Of a stretch of 64,000 nucleotides of DNA, positions 50,728 through 61,502 are shown one piece after another. Each line of letters starts with the position of its first letter. Positions within the stretch are counted from its first letter, which is position 1. The translations under genes were made by a program, and so were the position numbers. Source of the stretch: Spirogloea muscicola. Its lineage: Eukaryota. A model generated the notes under the pieces. That model had not been told where the DNA came from. It did no database searches and was given only the letters and a program-made list of their open reading frames with translations. The stretch lies in the NCBI GenBank assembly GCA_009602725.1, contig WELB01000022.1:966848-1030847 (forward strand), read 5' to 3'.

Positions 50728-53602
50728 TCCTTAAAGGATACGGAAGCATGGCATCTCCTCCGGCGAAGCTCACCCGTGAAGACGTACAGTGGGGGTGGAC
50801 GTCCGAATGCCAGAGGCGTTCGAGGATAGACAACGGGTATTCATATCCCCACCCGTTTTGGCTTTGCCTCGAGAAGGCGTGCCATTTGAAGTAGTCTGTA
50901 ACGCCTCTTTGATCGACATTGGTGCCGTTCTCCTGCAGGAGAGTCATCGCGTAGCATTTGAAGGTCGCCTTCTTGGTCCTGCAGAGCGAATTATACTACA
51001 GGGGAGCAGGAGCTCCTTGCTGTTGTGCACGCCCTCCGTGTGTGGAGATGCTATCTCGAGGGTATTAAATTCACGGTCGTAATGGATCATTGCCCGTTGA
51101 CCTACTTTTTCACACAGCAGCAATTAAGCAGGCGTCAAGCTAGGTGGGCTGAGTGAATGGCACAGTTCCGTTTGCAGTGCTTGTACCGCGTTTGAAGAAT
51201 CAATGTGGCGGATCCGGTGAGCCGCAACATTGTAGGGGCTGCTGTGGCGCTTGTCTGGTGTGCCACAAGGTTTCAAATTGCAGACGTGCGGCCTTCTGTG
51301 GGGCGGCTCCACAGAGCACCACCAACCTCTCTGAGCCGTATGTGCGTATTCGTGATGTGTATGGCACAGACCCTTGGTGTGCAGTTGCAACCAATACACG
51401 CACAGTAGTATATGACCAAGGCTTCTGGTGGCGAGGTGACGCCATTGTGGTGCCCAACTGCAATGCCGTGCGCACTAGTATCATGCAAGAGATGCATGAG
51501 CCTCCGTACAGTATTCATTTGGGTATAGGAAAGACAAAGAGAGCTATTCAGCTTCGCTTTTGGTGGCCGCGCTTGCAAGTCCACATACGGTCTTGTGTTG
51601 AAGACGTGTGCCACCTGCCAGCGTTGTAAGGCACGCTCTCACAAGCCTGCCGGGTCGATCCAAGTGGTCTGATGTTAGGGTAGATTTCATCACCCAGTTG
51701 CCCAAGACGCGCAACGGCTATGACGCCATTGTCGTGTTTGTGGATCGTGTGAATAAAAGGTGCATTTTGTCCCGACGACCACGCGGGTGTCCGCTCGGAA
51801 ATTTGCTGGCATACTTGTGTACCGAGCGTGGAAACTGCACGGAGTACCTGTGCGCATCGTGTCTGACCGTGATCCTCGCTTCACGGGTCACTTCTTGAAA
51901 AAGAGGTGCGCAGGACTTTTGGCACGACGCAATTCATTTCCATTGCTTTCCACCCGCAAACCGATGGTCAGACTGAGAGGATTAATCGGCTTTTGGAAGA
52001 CATGTCAAGGCATTTCGTAAACCCCAGTCAGACTGATTGGAACGAGTATCTTGCTCCAGCGGAATCTGCTGTGAACAACGCCTTCATGACTCTACCAGAA
52101 TCACACCCTTCTCCGGAATATTAGTCAGCATCCCCGGTCACCTTTGCAGGTGGGGAGGCCGGAGCGCCTTCCAGGCGTAGTAAGCTTCACCGGTACCCTC
52201 TTGGAAGCTCAGCGGAGGGCTGAGCAATTTTTTGACAATTGCTCAGAACCGGCAAAAGCAGTATACTGATCTGCGTCGCAGGACGTGTCCTTCGACGCGG
52301 GTGCCCAAATTCTGTTGAGCACTAAGCACTTCACCTTGCGAGCAGTCGGTATGCACAAGTGGCTGCCAAAGTGGGTTGGACCCTTTTGTGTCGTGCGCCT
52401 GATCGGCAAGGTCGCATACGAGCTTGATACGCCGTACAATGGCAAATCAACAAGGTTTTCCATGTGTCTCAGCTCGAGCCATACCATACGGATGGCCGTG
52501 TCCAACAGCCCCTACCTCCCCTCGTTATTGATGGCGAGAAAGAGTTTGAAGTGGAGGAGACTTTGTCGCACCAGGAGAAGTCCCGTGGGCGTCGCAAGTC
52601 CCGTGAGTACCTTATCAAGTGGCTCGGCTATGGGGCGGAGCACAATACATGGCAACCTACGAACAATCTCGCCCATTGTCCTTCCCGCGTCCAGAAGTAT
52701 CTGACAGGCGGTAACGCCCCTACTCTCCATCGTCCCGTAACTCCCCGTCGGGCTTAATTCCCATGGGTAAAATTTCTGTCGTGCTTCCTACTTGTTCCCG
52801 AAGGGCGTGAACATCTAAGTGGGGAGGTATGTAACGTTTCCCCCGTTTAAGAGTGCCAAACGCGCCGGCAACAATACATATCGTATCGTATCTACCGTCA
52901 AGGAGTCCCGAATGGTACGGGTAACATCGCTGCACAACGTGTGGCTAAGTGTGGGCTGAGACCCTGGGCACGCGCGGCACGCGCCCCGCGACACGCACTG
53001 CACGCGCCACGTGCGGCGCGCGCCACGCGCAGCACGCGCTACGCGACTCGGCTTCTATTCGTCAGGCTCGTGCCACGAGCAGCACGCGCCACGCGGCACG
53101 CGCTGCATGCGCCACGCGCGGCACGTGCCAGTCCCCTAGATTTGTATTTCTGTATCCCCAATCGTCAGGCCCGCCCCTCCGGTGGGAGGACCTTGGGGGC
53201 TACCCTCGTCACACCCTCTGGGAGGGGCGGCAGGAGAAACGCTACAAGCAGTGGGCCGTGGCCAGACTCCTCAGTCCGACCAACGCCGAGAGAGACACAG
53301 CTCTGCTGCTGCCTAGCCAGCCCCGCTGCTGCCTGCTGCGCCGCCATCACAGCTGTGCTGCTGCCGCCTGCTCCCAGCCCGTCGTTGCAGCTCGTCGCTG
53401 CGGGCCCCGCTGGCTATTATAAGTCTATTGGTAGAGTCACCGCCCTAGGGCGGTGCCTCAGAGTAGGACTTCCGCTGCGCTCTGTGCGCGTATGTGCGTT
53501 TGGCGTTCTCCTGTATGAGGGTTGTCTCCAAAACACCCTATGTTCGATTTCAAAGCAGGACATTCTGACCCTAACTGTGTGATTAAGGGCAGGGATGTTA
53601 TC

Positions 53603-54550
53603 GTCCTCGTCTTTGACTTAAAAACAGCCAAAGAACTCCCTGCCCCCCACAACAACGCAGATGGCGAGCCATACATGCAGCGGCAGTGAGGGAGGAGGGT
53701 GGGAAAGTACTGCCTCAGCTGCTCGGCAGTGATCTGCCAGATCACGGAGTTGAAGGCAATCTGTAAGTCCACGCTCAATGCCAGCCAATGAGGGTTGACA
53801 TCATTGCCGCTCGTACCCCGTGCATCAGGGTCTCAGCGCCAGCACGCACCCCAGCCCCAAATTGGTGGGGATGAGAGTGCGCCTGAGCATCTCCTGTATC
53901 TGCATGATTAGGGTGCGCCCCACGAGGCGCGACAGAACCTCCCCCATCGAATTAGGACGCACTCCCCCGTTGTCCTTCTGCAAAACAATGAAGTTACTTG
54001 TGGAGAGGGTTGCCCACACGATGGGTGAGGTGTCTACGCGCAACATATTTGTGCAGCAGCAGATTAAAATCTCCGCGTCGTCCTCCCCATACAGCTCCCG
54101 CAAGTGCTAAGAGAGCATGCCAGATGGACCCCCGGCGCCTGCCTTAAGGCTACTCACAATCGCCCGATGGAAGACAGCCGGGTCCAGGTCCCCCGGTCGA
54201 GCAGGCGTGAACTGTATCTAATTTCTCAAAGGGGCCGGAATGGAGCTGCTCAAGTGCGGCCAAGCTTGCCGCATTATGCGGTGTGGAGGGCTCCAAGGCT
54301 TGGGCAGCCCTTGCAAGGTCGCCGGCTCGTCCGAATCGGATGGCATGTCGCTTCCCCGCCTCCTTGATTTCAAATTCGACGTGGTGGGCCGATAGTTGGC
54401 TTGCAGAGTTGCGCAGCCGCTTGTTGCTGTGCAAGTAGCAGCTGCCACTCCCCACCTTCAAACAGGTGTAGGCGCAGCAGCAGCTCCTTGCGACCCGCCT
54501 TCCCGCGCAAGGACTGTGGAAAGCCAGCCCGAGAAGAATGAAAAGATGGC
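53603..54550 (-). mobile_element. Degenerate CRE-like reverse transcriptase fragment
   Basis: GDLARAAQAL, KDNGGVRPNSMGEVLSRLVGR, SVDLQIAFNSV and MYGSPSAL. Cut off at the chromovirus LTR. Confidence 0.8.
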
Positions 54551-54554
54551 TCTT

Positions 54555-55050
54555 CAAAAAAGGGTACTCGGGCTGTGAACAGCCAATCCCAAGAATTGAC
54601 AAGGTCCAAAGGGGCCGAAAAGCGCTGAAAGACATCAATAAGCAAGAGCATTTAGATAATCAGTTAGAAATCTCTCCTAGTACCCGTACGTCAGAAGAAA
54701 GAAAGTGGCTCTCTCAGAGGGAAACAGCTCTTCCAAATTGGCAGCTGTGGCTTTGAGAGGCCAGCCCAGAGGAATGGACAAGGACTGAACGGGCCGCACG
54801 GCGCAAAAGCAGGATACTCGTTTATAAGACGTCAGCAAGTGGGCTATCAGTGACTTCTTAGTCAGTAAATTCTAAGCGTGGATAGGTAGAGGCGGAAAAG
54901 CGTCGCCCTGACGGAACGGGAGGCAGCAGCCAAGGCGCGGCCGCCACGCAAGTGGACGGCAAAGGGGCGAGGGCTGTGACCAGCGAGCCCGAATGGTTCT
55001 GACAAGGTCCGAAGGGACAGAGAAGCGCTGTCCCAAAGCTTTTCCTGTAG
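54555..55050 (-). repeat. Three diverged same-orientation copies of the CRE 3'-UTR motif
   Basis: CCC..GGACCTTGTC..ATTC..GGGCT..ACAGCC variants near 54620, 54800 and 55015. Confidence 0.6.
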
Positions 55051-56812
55051 GTTATCACCTAATAATCTCTAGTCTGGAGCCGCAAGCCAGGAAGACTAGC
55101 CGTCGGAAAGATGGTATGACACCAAAAGCAGTCCCCTTGACTGCTGCAGAAGCTTGGGGAGAGCTGGTGGCATATTGTGAACCAACAGGCCAACAGAAGA
55201 TGCTGGCGGTGCAGCAGAGGCTTCTGAACTTCCAGATGCAGGAGGGAGCAAAGCTGGCAGAGCATCTTACAGAGTTCAAGCGCCTCGTAGATGAGATGGA
55301 GGCAATTGGAGCAAAGCATGGAGGCAAGTCTGAAGAGCTTCCAGGTGGCGATCCTCCTCAACAGCTTGAAGCACATCCCCAGGTTCAACACTGTTATCAC
55401 CCTCCTGGACAGTGTGGAGGACGAGAAGCGCAGCTTGGAGTTCTTGCGGGGAAGATAGTTGCAGGAGGAGAAGAGGGCCCAAGAGAGAGGAGAGGAGACT
55501 GAGGCCAAGGCATCAGCAATGCTGGATCAACTGAATATAGGTCTGGGTCACAGGACTGGCTTTCAGGGTCAGGACGGAGGACAGGGAGCTGTTTGCGCCA
55601 GCAGAGGTGCCTGCCATTTCTGCAGAAAGCAGGGTCATTGGAAGGCTCAGTGTCCAGCTCTACAAGCGAAGCTGCAAAGGGACAGGTCACACGCTGCCCA
55701 AGGGGAGCACACCAGCATTTCCTACTCCGCAGCCACAGGTAAACACATTCAGAAACTCCGTGAATACCACTCGTGGTTGGTTGACTCGGGAGCAAGTGCC
55801 CACATGACTTGCAGAAGGGAGTGGCTGCAGTAGTAAGAAGGTCAAGATATGCCGTGTTTTGTTTGGGAACAATACTGCCGCAGTTGCTGTGGGGAAGGGC
55901 TCGGTGGACATAGTTGCTCAAGTTGCTGGCAAGACCTTGAAGATCACTTTGCAGGATGTCCTCCATGTTCCTCATTTGGCTAGAAATCTCTTGTTTGAGA
56001 ACAGCCTCAACAGCCAGAAGCTTCGACTTGTGTTCAATCCACAGGCCTGCACGATCCTCAGTAGAGATGGAGAGGTGGCTGCCGTGGGGGAGAGGAGTGG
56101 TGGACTCTGCTGGCTTGTGGGTGAGGCCTTGATGTCGGTCAATGCAACGTGGCGGTGGCAAACAAGAATGACAACCTGCAGTTATGGCATCGCAGGCTGG
56201 GACATCTGAATGGTGAAGCTCTCAAGGAGATGATTAAACAACAGCTCGTGAGTGCTTGACGCTTGGAGTTGATGATCAGCTGAATTCTTGTGAAGGGTGT
56301 GTGCTTAGAAAGCAGCATCGAGGTCCCCTTCCTGCAGGGGGAGGCAAGAGAGCAAGCAGTCTTTTGGAGTCGGTGCACACAGATGAATGGGGTCCAGCGC
56401 CAGTTCCATCACTTGGAGGTGGGAAGTACTTTGTGACCTTCATCGACAACATGTCACGGAAATGTTGGTGCTACATATTCAAGGAGAGGTCGAGTGTGTT
56501 TCAGATCTTCCAGAGATGGCGTGCTGGAGTAGAAAAGCAAGTGGGAAGACCGGTGAAGGTGCTTCGCTCCGACAACGGTGGGGAGTACGTGTCTAACGAG
56601 TTCGAGAACTTCCTGACTCGAGAAGGCATCAAGCATCAGCGGACGGTATCATATACTCCCCCAGCAAAATGACGTTGCTGAGCGCATGAACAGGACCTTG
56701 CTGGAGGCTGCAAGGTGTATGCTTCAGGAGAATAGACGACCTGATAGCCATTGGGGTGAAGCTTACTCAAATTGGGTTTTTCAAAACATTTCATTTTTCT
56801 TTCATTTTCCAT

Positions 56813-56883
56813 GGCCAAGTAACATAAAGGTAATGTATTGGATTGCAAATCCATAAATGATGGTTCGATTCCGTCCTTGGCCT
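56813..56883 (+). tRNA. trnC: Mitochondrial-type tRNA-Cys(GCA) within a ~240-bp NUMT
   Basis: GGCCAAG/CTTGGCC acceptor stem, anticodon GCA at 56845-56847, and GGTTCGATTCC T-arm. Resembles plant mitochondrial trnC and has AT-rich flanks. Confidence 0.9.
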
Positions 56884-56926
56884 AGTTATGGCAAATCTTG
56901 TTTATCGCGCCTCTTGCTGATGTCGA

Positions 56927-56979
56927 ATCTTGTTATCTTGTTATCTTGTTATCTTGTTATCTTGTTATCTTGTTATCTT
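56927..56979. repeat. (TTATCTTG)n 8-bp tandem repeat, ~6.5 units
   Basis: Directly visible. Confidence 0.95.
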
Positions 56980-58760
56980 CTTGATGGCGCGATGACATTA
57001 TCTGTGTGTACGGCGGCGTATCTGCGGGCCAGATGTCCAACGAGGGCAGCGCAGGGGACAACGCCAGAAGATCTGTGGACGGGTAGGAAGCCAGACATCT
57101 CACATCTGAGAGTCTTCGGGTGCAATGCATATGTGCACAGGCTCACAGAATTGCGCAGCAGACTGGATCCCAAGAGCACAAAGGCCATCTTTGTGGGGTA
57201 CGATGCAGACACGAAGGGGGTACAGAATGTTGGATCCTGCAAGCAAGCGCATTGTGCTCAGCAGAGATGTCATCTTTGATGAAAGTTGGCGTAGAAGTGA
57301 GAATGCTGCAGCAGAGGAGAGAATCACGTTGCAGTGGGAGCAAATGCCTGCTATGCTTGACTCTGAAGAGCCTGTCTTGTGTGGAGATGAAGATGAAGAC
57401 TCAGAGGATGTCGATGGGCAAGAGCAGACACTGATGCTGTCGCAGGACTTCGAGGAGGAGGAGGAGGAGGCGCAGCAACAGCAGGCTGGAAAGGAAGAAA
57501 AGCTAGAAGAAGAGCAGCCGCAACTGCAACCGCAGCAGCAGCTTAGAAGGAGCACAAGAACGCGACAGGTTAGGGAGGATCCTGGATACTTCCTTGGTTT
57601 TGCAGCTACCGTAGACGAACCCCTGACCAAGGCGCAGGCAAGGCAGAGGGTGGATGCTGCGGAGTGGGAGATAGCCGCGGCTGAAGAGATGCAGAAGAAG
57701 GAAGAAAACAAACGTGGAAACTTGTTGACTTGCCACAGGGCCGGAAGGCAATTGGCTGCAAATGGGTGCTCCGGCGGAAGAGAGGTGCAGGTGGGGAAGT
57801 TGTTAGATACAAGGCAAGACTGGTGGCAAAGGGGATTTCACAGGTCGAAGGAATTGACTACCATGAAACATTTGCACCGGTCAATAAATATACTTCCATC
57901 CGGGTGTTGCTGAGTCTAGCCTCAGCCAGGGATTTCGAAGTCAACCAGATGGATGTGAAGACAGCGTTCCTCAATGGGGATCTGGAGGAAGAAATTTGCA
58001 TGATGCAGCCTGAGGGTTTCGCTGACTCAGAGCAGCCAAGCAAAGTCTGTCTCCTGAAGAAGTCTCTGTACGGGCTAAAGCAAGCGCCCAGAATGTGGAA
58101 CTACAAGATCAATGACGTATTGAAGGAGGCAGGATTTGTGCAATGAACCAGCAACACCAGCGTCTATTTGCTGCGGGAGTCAGCAAAGCCTGTGGTGCTG
58201 TTGGCTCTGTACGTGGATGATCTGCTCATACTCAGCCCTAGTTTGGAGAGTGTCGACAGGGTGAAGGGTTTGCTGTGCAGCAAATTCAAGATGTCAGATC
58301 TTGGGGAGGTGTCCTACCTGCTGGGTAATGCAGGTGCTTAGGGATAGAAGGCGGAGGAGCATCAAGCTCGGACAGGTCAAATTTGCTGAGCAGGTGCTGC
58401 AACGCTTTGGGATGGAGACATGCAAGCCAGTTTCAACTCCAATGGAGTTCAAGCAGGCTCTATCAAAGGTGCAAGAACCACAAACAGTGCAGGAAGAGGA
58501 GGAGATGGCAGGGGTTCCATACAAGCAGTGGGGAGTCTTATGTATCTCATGACAGGAACCAGGCCAGATCTTGCAGCAGCAGTGGGAGCAGTGAGCCAGG
58601 TCATGCAGCGGCCTGGGGTGGCTCATTGGCAAGCAGTGAAACGGATCTTCAGGTACTTGGCTGGGACAATCAATACATGGCTCGCGTTCGGCGGAGAGAG
58701 TGATCTGCTGCAACACTCTCCAGCGACCAAAAGAACGCGGGCCCTGAAATCCCTCCCAAA

Positions 58761-58997
58761 GGATAGAGGCCCTCCCAGGTCGTCTCGTTCCGTGCCACCT
58801 GCTCTGGCTGCCTCATCTGCTTCTGCGTCTGCTTCGAGTGGAAATTGGACCCCGACTCTCTCACAGGATAGGGGCCCTCCCAGGTCGTCTCGTTCTATGC
58901 CATCTTCTCTGGCTGCTCCACCTGCTTCTTCATCTGCTTCGCATGGAAACTGGGCCCCAACTCTCTTACAGGATAGGGGCCCTCCCAGGTCGTCTCA
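58761..58997 (+). repeat. 105-bp in-frame tandem repeat between copia RT and RNase H
   Basis: GGATAG(A/G)GGCCCTCCCAGGTCGTCTC at 58761, 58866 and 58971. Confidence 0.9.
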
Positions 58998-59394
58998 TTT
59001 CGACTTGCTCGCTCTGAATGCATCTGTACATAATGAGGGGCCTGCAGAAGGAAGTGTCGAGCTGCTTTCCACCCTCTATGGGTACGTTGACGCAGACTGG
59101 GGTGGAGACATGGTGACTCGAAGGTCAACCTCAGGCTACGTCTTCATGCTAGGAGGAGCAGCGGTTTCGTGGAGCAGCAAGCGACAGAGATCGTTTGCGC
59201 TGTCTACCATGGAGGCAGAATACATGGCTGCAACACAGGCAAGTAAGGAGGCAGTCTGGTTGAGAAGGCTGCTTGGGGAGTTGGGGTTCTCACAACACGC
59301 TCCGACTCTCATCTACAGCGACAACCAAGGAAGTCTGGCGTTAATGAAGAACCCTGTCCATCATAGTCGGAGCGAGCACATGACATCCAGTGGG

Positions 59395-59870
59395 GAAGCG
59401 CTTCCCCTGGCCCCCTTTCTCGTACTTTGTTCCTTGGTTTTTTGGGCTGGTTTTTCCAGTCCCTATCCTCAATGGATGACTGGGCTTACTTCCGCGAGCG
59501 CGGCCGGGCACGGAGAGAAGTGCGCGCCCATAGAGAAGAGGGACTGGCAAAGCCAGCCCAAAAAAGAATGGACAATGTTCAAAGCCAAAGAAAGAGGAGC
59601 CGGAAAAAGGACTACACGACAAAATACTGCAGAACACATAGACGATGCAGAGGGAAGCTCAGTACCCACGAGTGAGCAACATCAGGTCTGAGTAGCTCGC
59701 TGCAGGGAAAGAGGCACTCCGCCGAGAACCAGAGGCGGCGGCCATAGCACGGCCTGCCCGCGTGTGGACGGCATGGGCAAGGGAGCGTTAAAGCGATACG
59801 GCCAGGCGCATGCGGAAGACGTGTGCGAGCGAACCGGCGGCGTTGAAGCCGGGCACGGACGAGGGGTAGG
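59395..59870. mobile_element. Tail-to-tail CRE-like 3' ends (+ 59395-59480; - 59520-59870)
   Basis: The minus copy encodes GFNAAGSLAHVFRMRLAVSL; the plus copy matches 10788-10863. Confidence 0.75.
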
Positions 59871-60449
59871 GAGTGATCTGGGCGGGGGGGGAGTGGGACG
59901 GGCGACACCATGGCCGCGAGCGTGCCTCCGACACGCGGCGGCTGTCCGAAAAGCCGAAAGCCCGGGCCCCACTGGCCCCCGGCTCCGGGCGACCAGATGC
60001 GCCGGCCACGGGCCCCCCCCCGGCCCCGGAATGTGCGGACCACTGTGCCGGCGACGGATCCGTTGTCGCGCTGGCCACCAACGCCCACGGGCCGCTGGCT
60101 CGGAGAGGGTCTAGTCGGTGGCTAGACCCTCTCCGCCGCAGCAGCAGGCATGTTTTGCAGTGGCATCATGACCCTCTGAAGGAGACATGGAGATGCACCG
60201 TTAAGGAACAAAGTGACGGGGCAGCTACAAGGAACTGCAATGTGCTATGGCACACTGTTGAGACTTCTCTTTGTACTTTACCAAGCGAGGGTATCCTGAT
60301 GAGCTCGACCAGCTTCTTCCTTCATATCGCCAGGCAATAATCATGTCTCACTCCTAGCATGCTTCCAGCCAGTGCATAGAACGTGCGTCAGCTCTGCGTC
60401 ACACTTAAAAGTCCTCCACAGTAATCTATGTCTCTGGTGCAATAGAGCC

Positions 60450-61070
60450 CATTGAATGGGGCCGAGGGCTGTAAGAGGCCATCCTGAAAAGACTGGCCGA
60501 ACCGAGAACCGAGGGGCCCGGGAAGCGCTAAAACACACAGCTATACAAGTACCACGAAGGATGGTCACTTGATAACCCCCCAGTAAGCAGCCGCAAGTCA
60601 GAAACACTAGCAGCTGGAAAGCAGTCCCCTTGACGTTAGCCAGAGGCGGCAGCTAGGGCACGGCCAGCGCGTAGGTGCAAGGCGTGGGCCAAAGACCGCA
60701 GTAAAAACAACAGCGCTTCCAAATTGACTGGTGGCTGTACGTGGCCAGCCCAAAAGAATGGACACGGTCTGGAGGGGCCTGATGTCAGAACCCAAAGAGG
60801 CGCGTTCGAATCACCTGCGCTTGCGAGCCAGCGGCCTTGAAGTCAGCTTGCTCGCCGTTCTGCCGGCGGGACACGGCATGGCACGCAAGCCGGGTCAAGA
60901 GGTCCAGCCACTGAAATGCAAGGTGGTGGAACTCGGCGCACCGCCACCCTCCCCTTCGCCTCGCTGGCCTAGTAGCCGACGTGAGGGTCGACTCCTCCCC
61001 ATTGCAAGCGCAACTGCGGAGCATTTGCCACGCGGCACTCTGTTCCTTCCCCTCCCTACAACCCCTGCTC
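60450..61070 (-). mobile_element. Further CRE-like C-terminal/3' UTR fragments
   Basis: DLLTRLACHAVSRR..FKAAGSQAQVIRTRL, plus two 3'-UTR motif copies near 60480 and 60750. Confidence 0.65.
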
Positions 61071-61357
61071 ACCCTAATCTTCTCCCATGCCCAGACGCCG
61101 GACAGATGGGCACAGGCTAGGCTAGTGGCTGTATTTGAACACGAGCGTCACAGGACCTCCACCCTTGATCCCCAAGGCTAGTGAACCAGCCACCCGTCAG
61201 TTTGGCCGCGCTTTCTTCTTAGTGTAGCCTGGGACCGCTGATTCCCCCACCTGTCTACCTTTATCCGCCGCTAGTTTGGCCGGTACCCGCCAGCACTAGT
61301 CAAGGTGGGTCATCCATCAAGCGGGCTTTAGGGCTTTTCGGCTTCTCTCGGGGCTAA

Positions 61358-61502
61358 TTTGAGCGGTTCGGGCGGTAGGATGGGGTGGGCCCTCCGATGC
61401 TAGATCGACGGCTCAGCGGCAGATAACGCACTTCATTTTGAGCGGTTCAGGTGGCAGGGTTGCCTGTCGATGCCAGATCGACGGCTCAGCGGCAGATACG
61501 CA
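61358..61502. repeat. Two-copy ~79-bp-period imperfect direct repeat
   Basis: TTTGAGCGGTTC..CGATGC.AGATCGACGGCTCAGCGGCAGATA at 61358 and 61437. Confidence 0.8.

Larger units (their letters stand above)
47352..53602 (+). mobile_element. Degenerate chromovirus (knuckle to chromodomain) with 3' LTR type D (52830-53602), carrying a solo LTR and a NUMT
   Basis: CYRCGQKGHRIRDC, LVDTGAS, RT, integrase, and chromodomain EFEVEETLSH..EYLIKWLGYGAEHNTW. Confidence 0.92.
55120..59388 (+). mobile_element. Ty1/copia retrotransposon internal region, degenerate, LTRs not seen
   Basis: Gag (AEAWGEL..LLNFQM), CHFCRKQGHWKAQC, WLVDSGASAHM, LWHRRLGH, LRSDNGGEY, YKARLVAKG, QMDVKTAFLNG, LYVDD and [16 protein letters not shown], in copia order (integrase before RT). 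Confidence 0.96.

Noticed and set aside
50078..50734. Functional nuclear-transferred nad1
   Set aside because: Internal stops and frameshifts, both termini missing, and no targeting sequence.
58761..58997. CRISPR-like repeat-spacer array
   Set aside because: The spacers are homologous to each other, in frame within copia pol, in a eukaryotic context with no cas genes.
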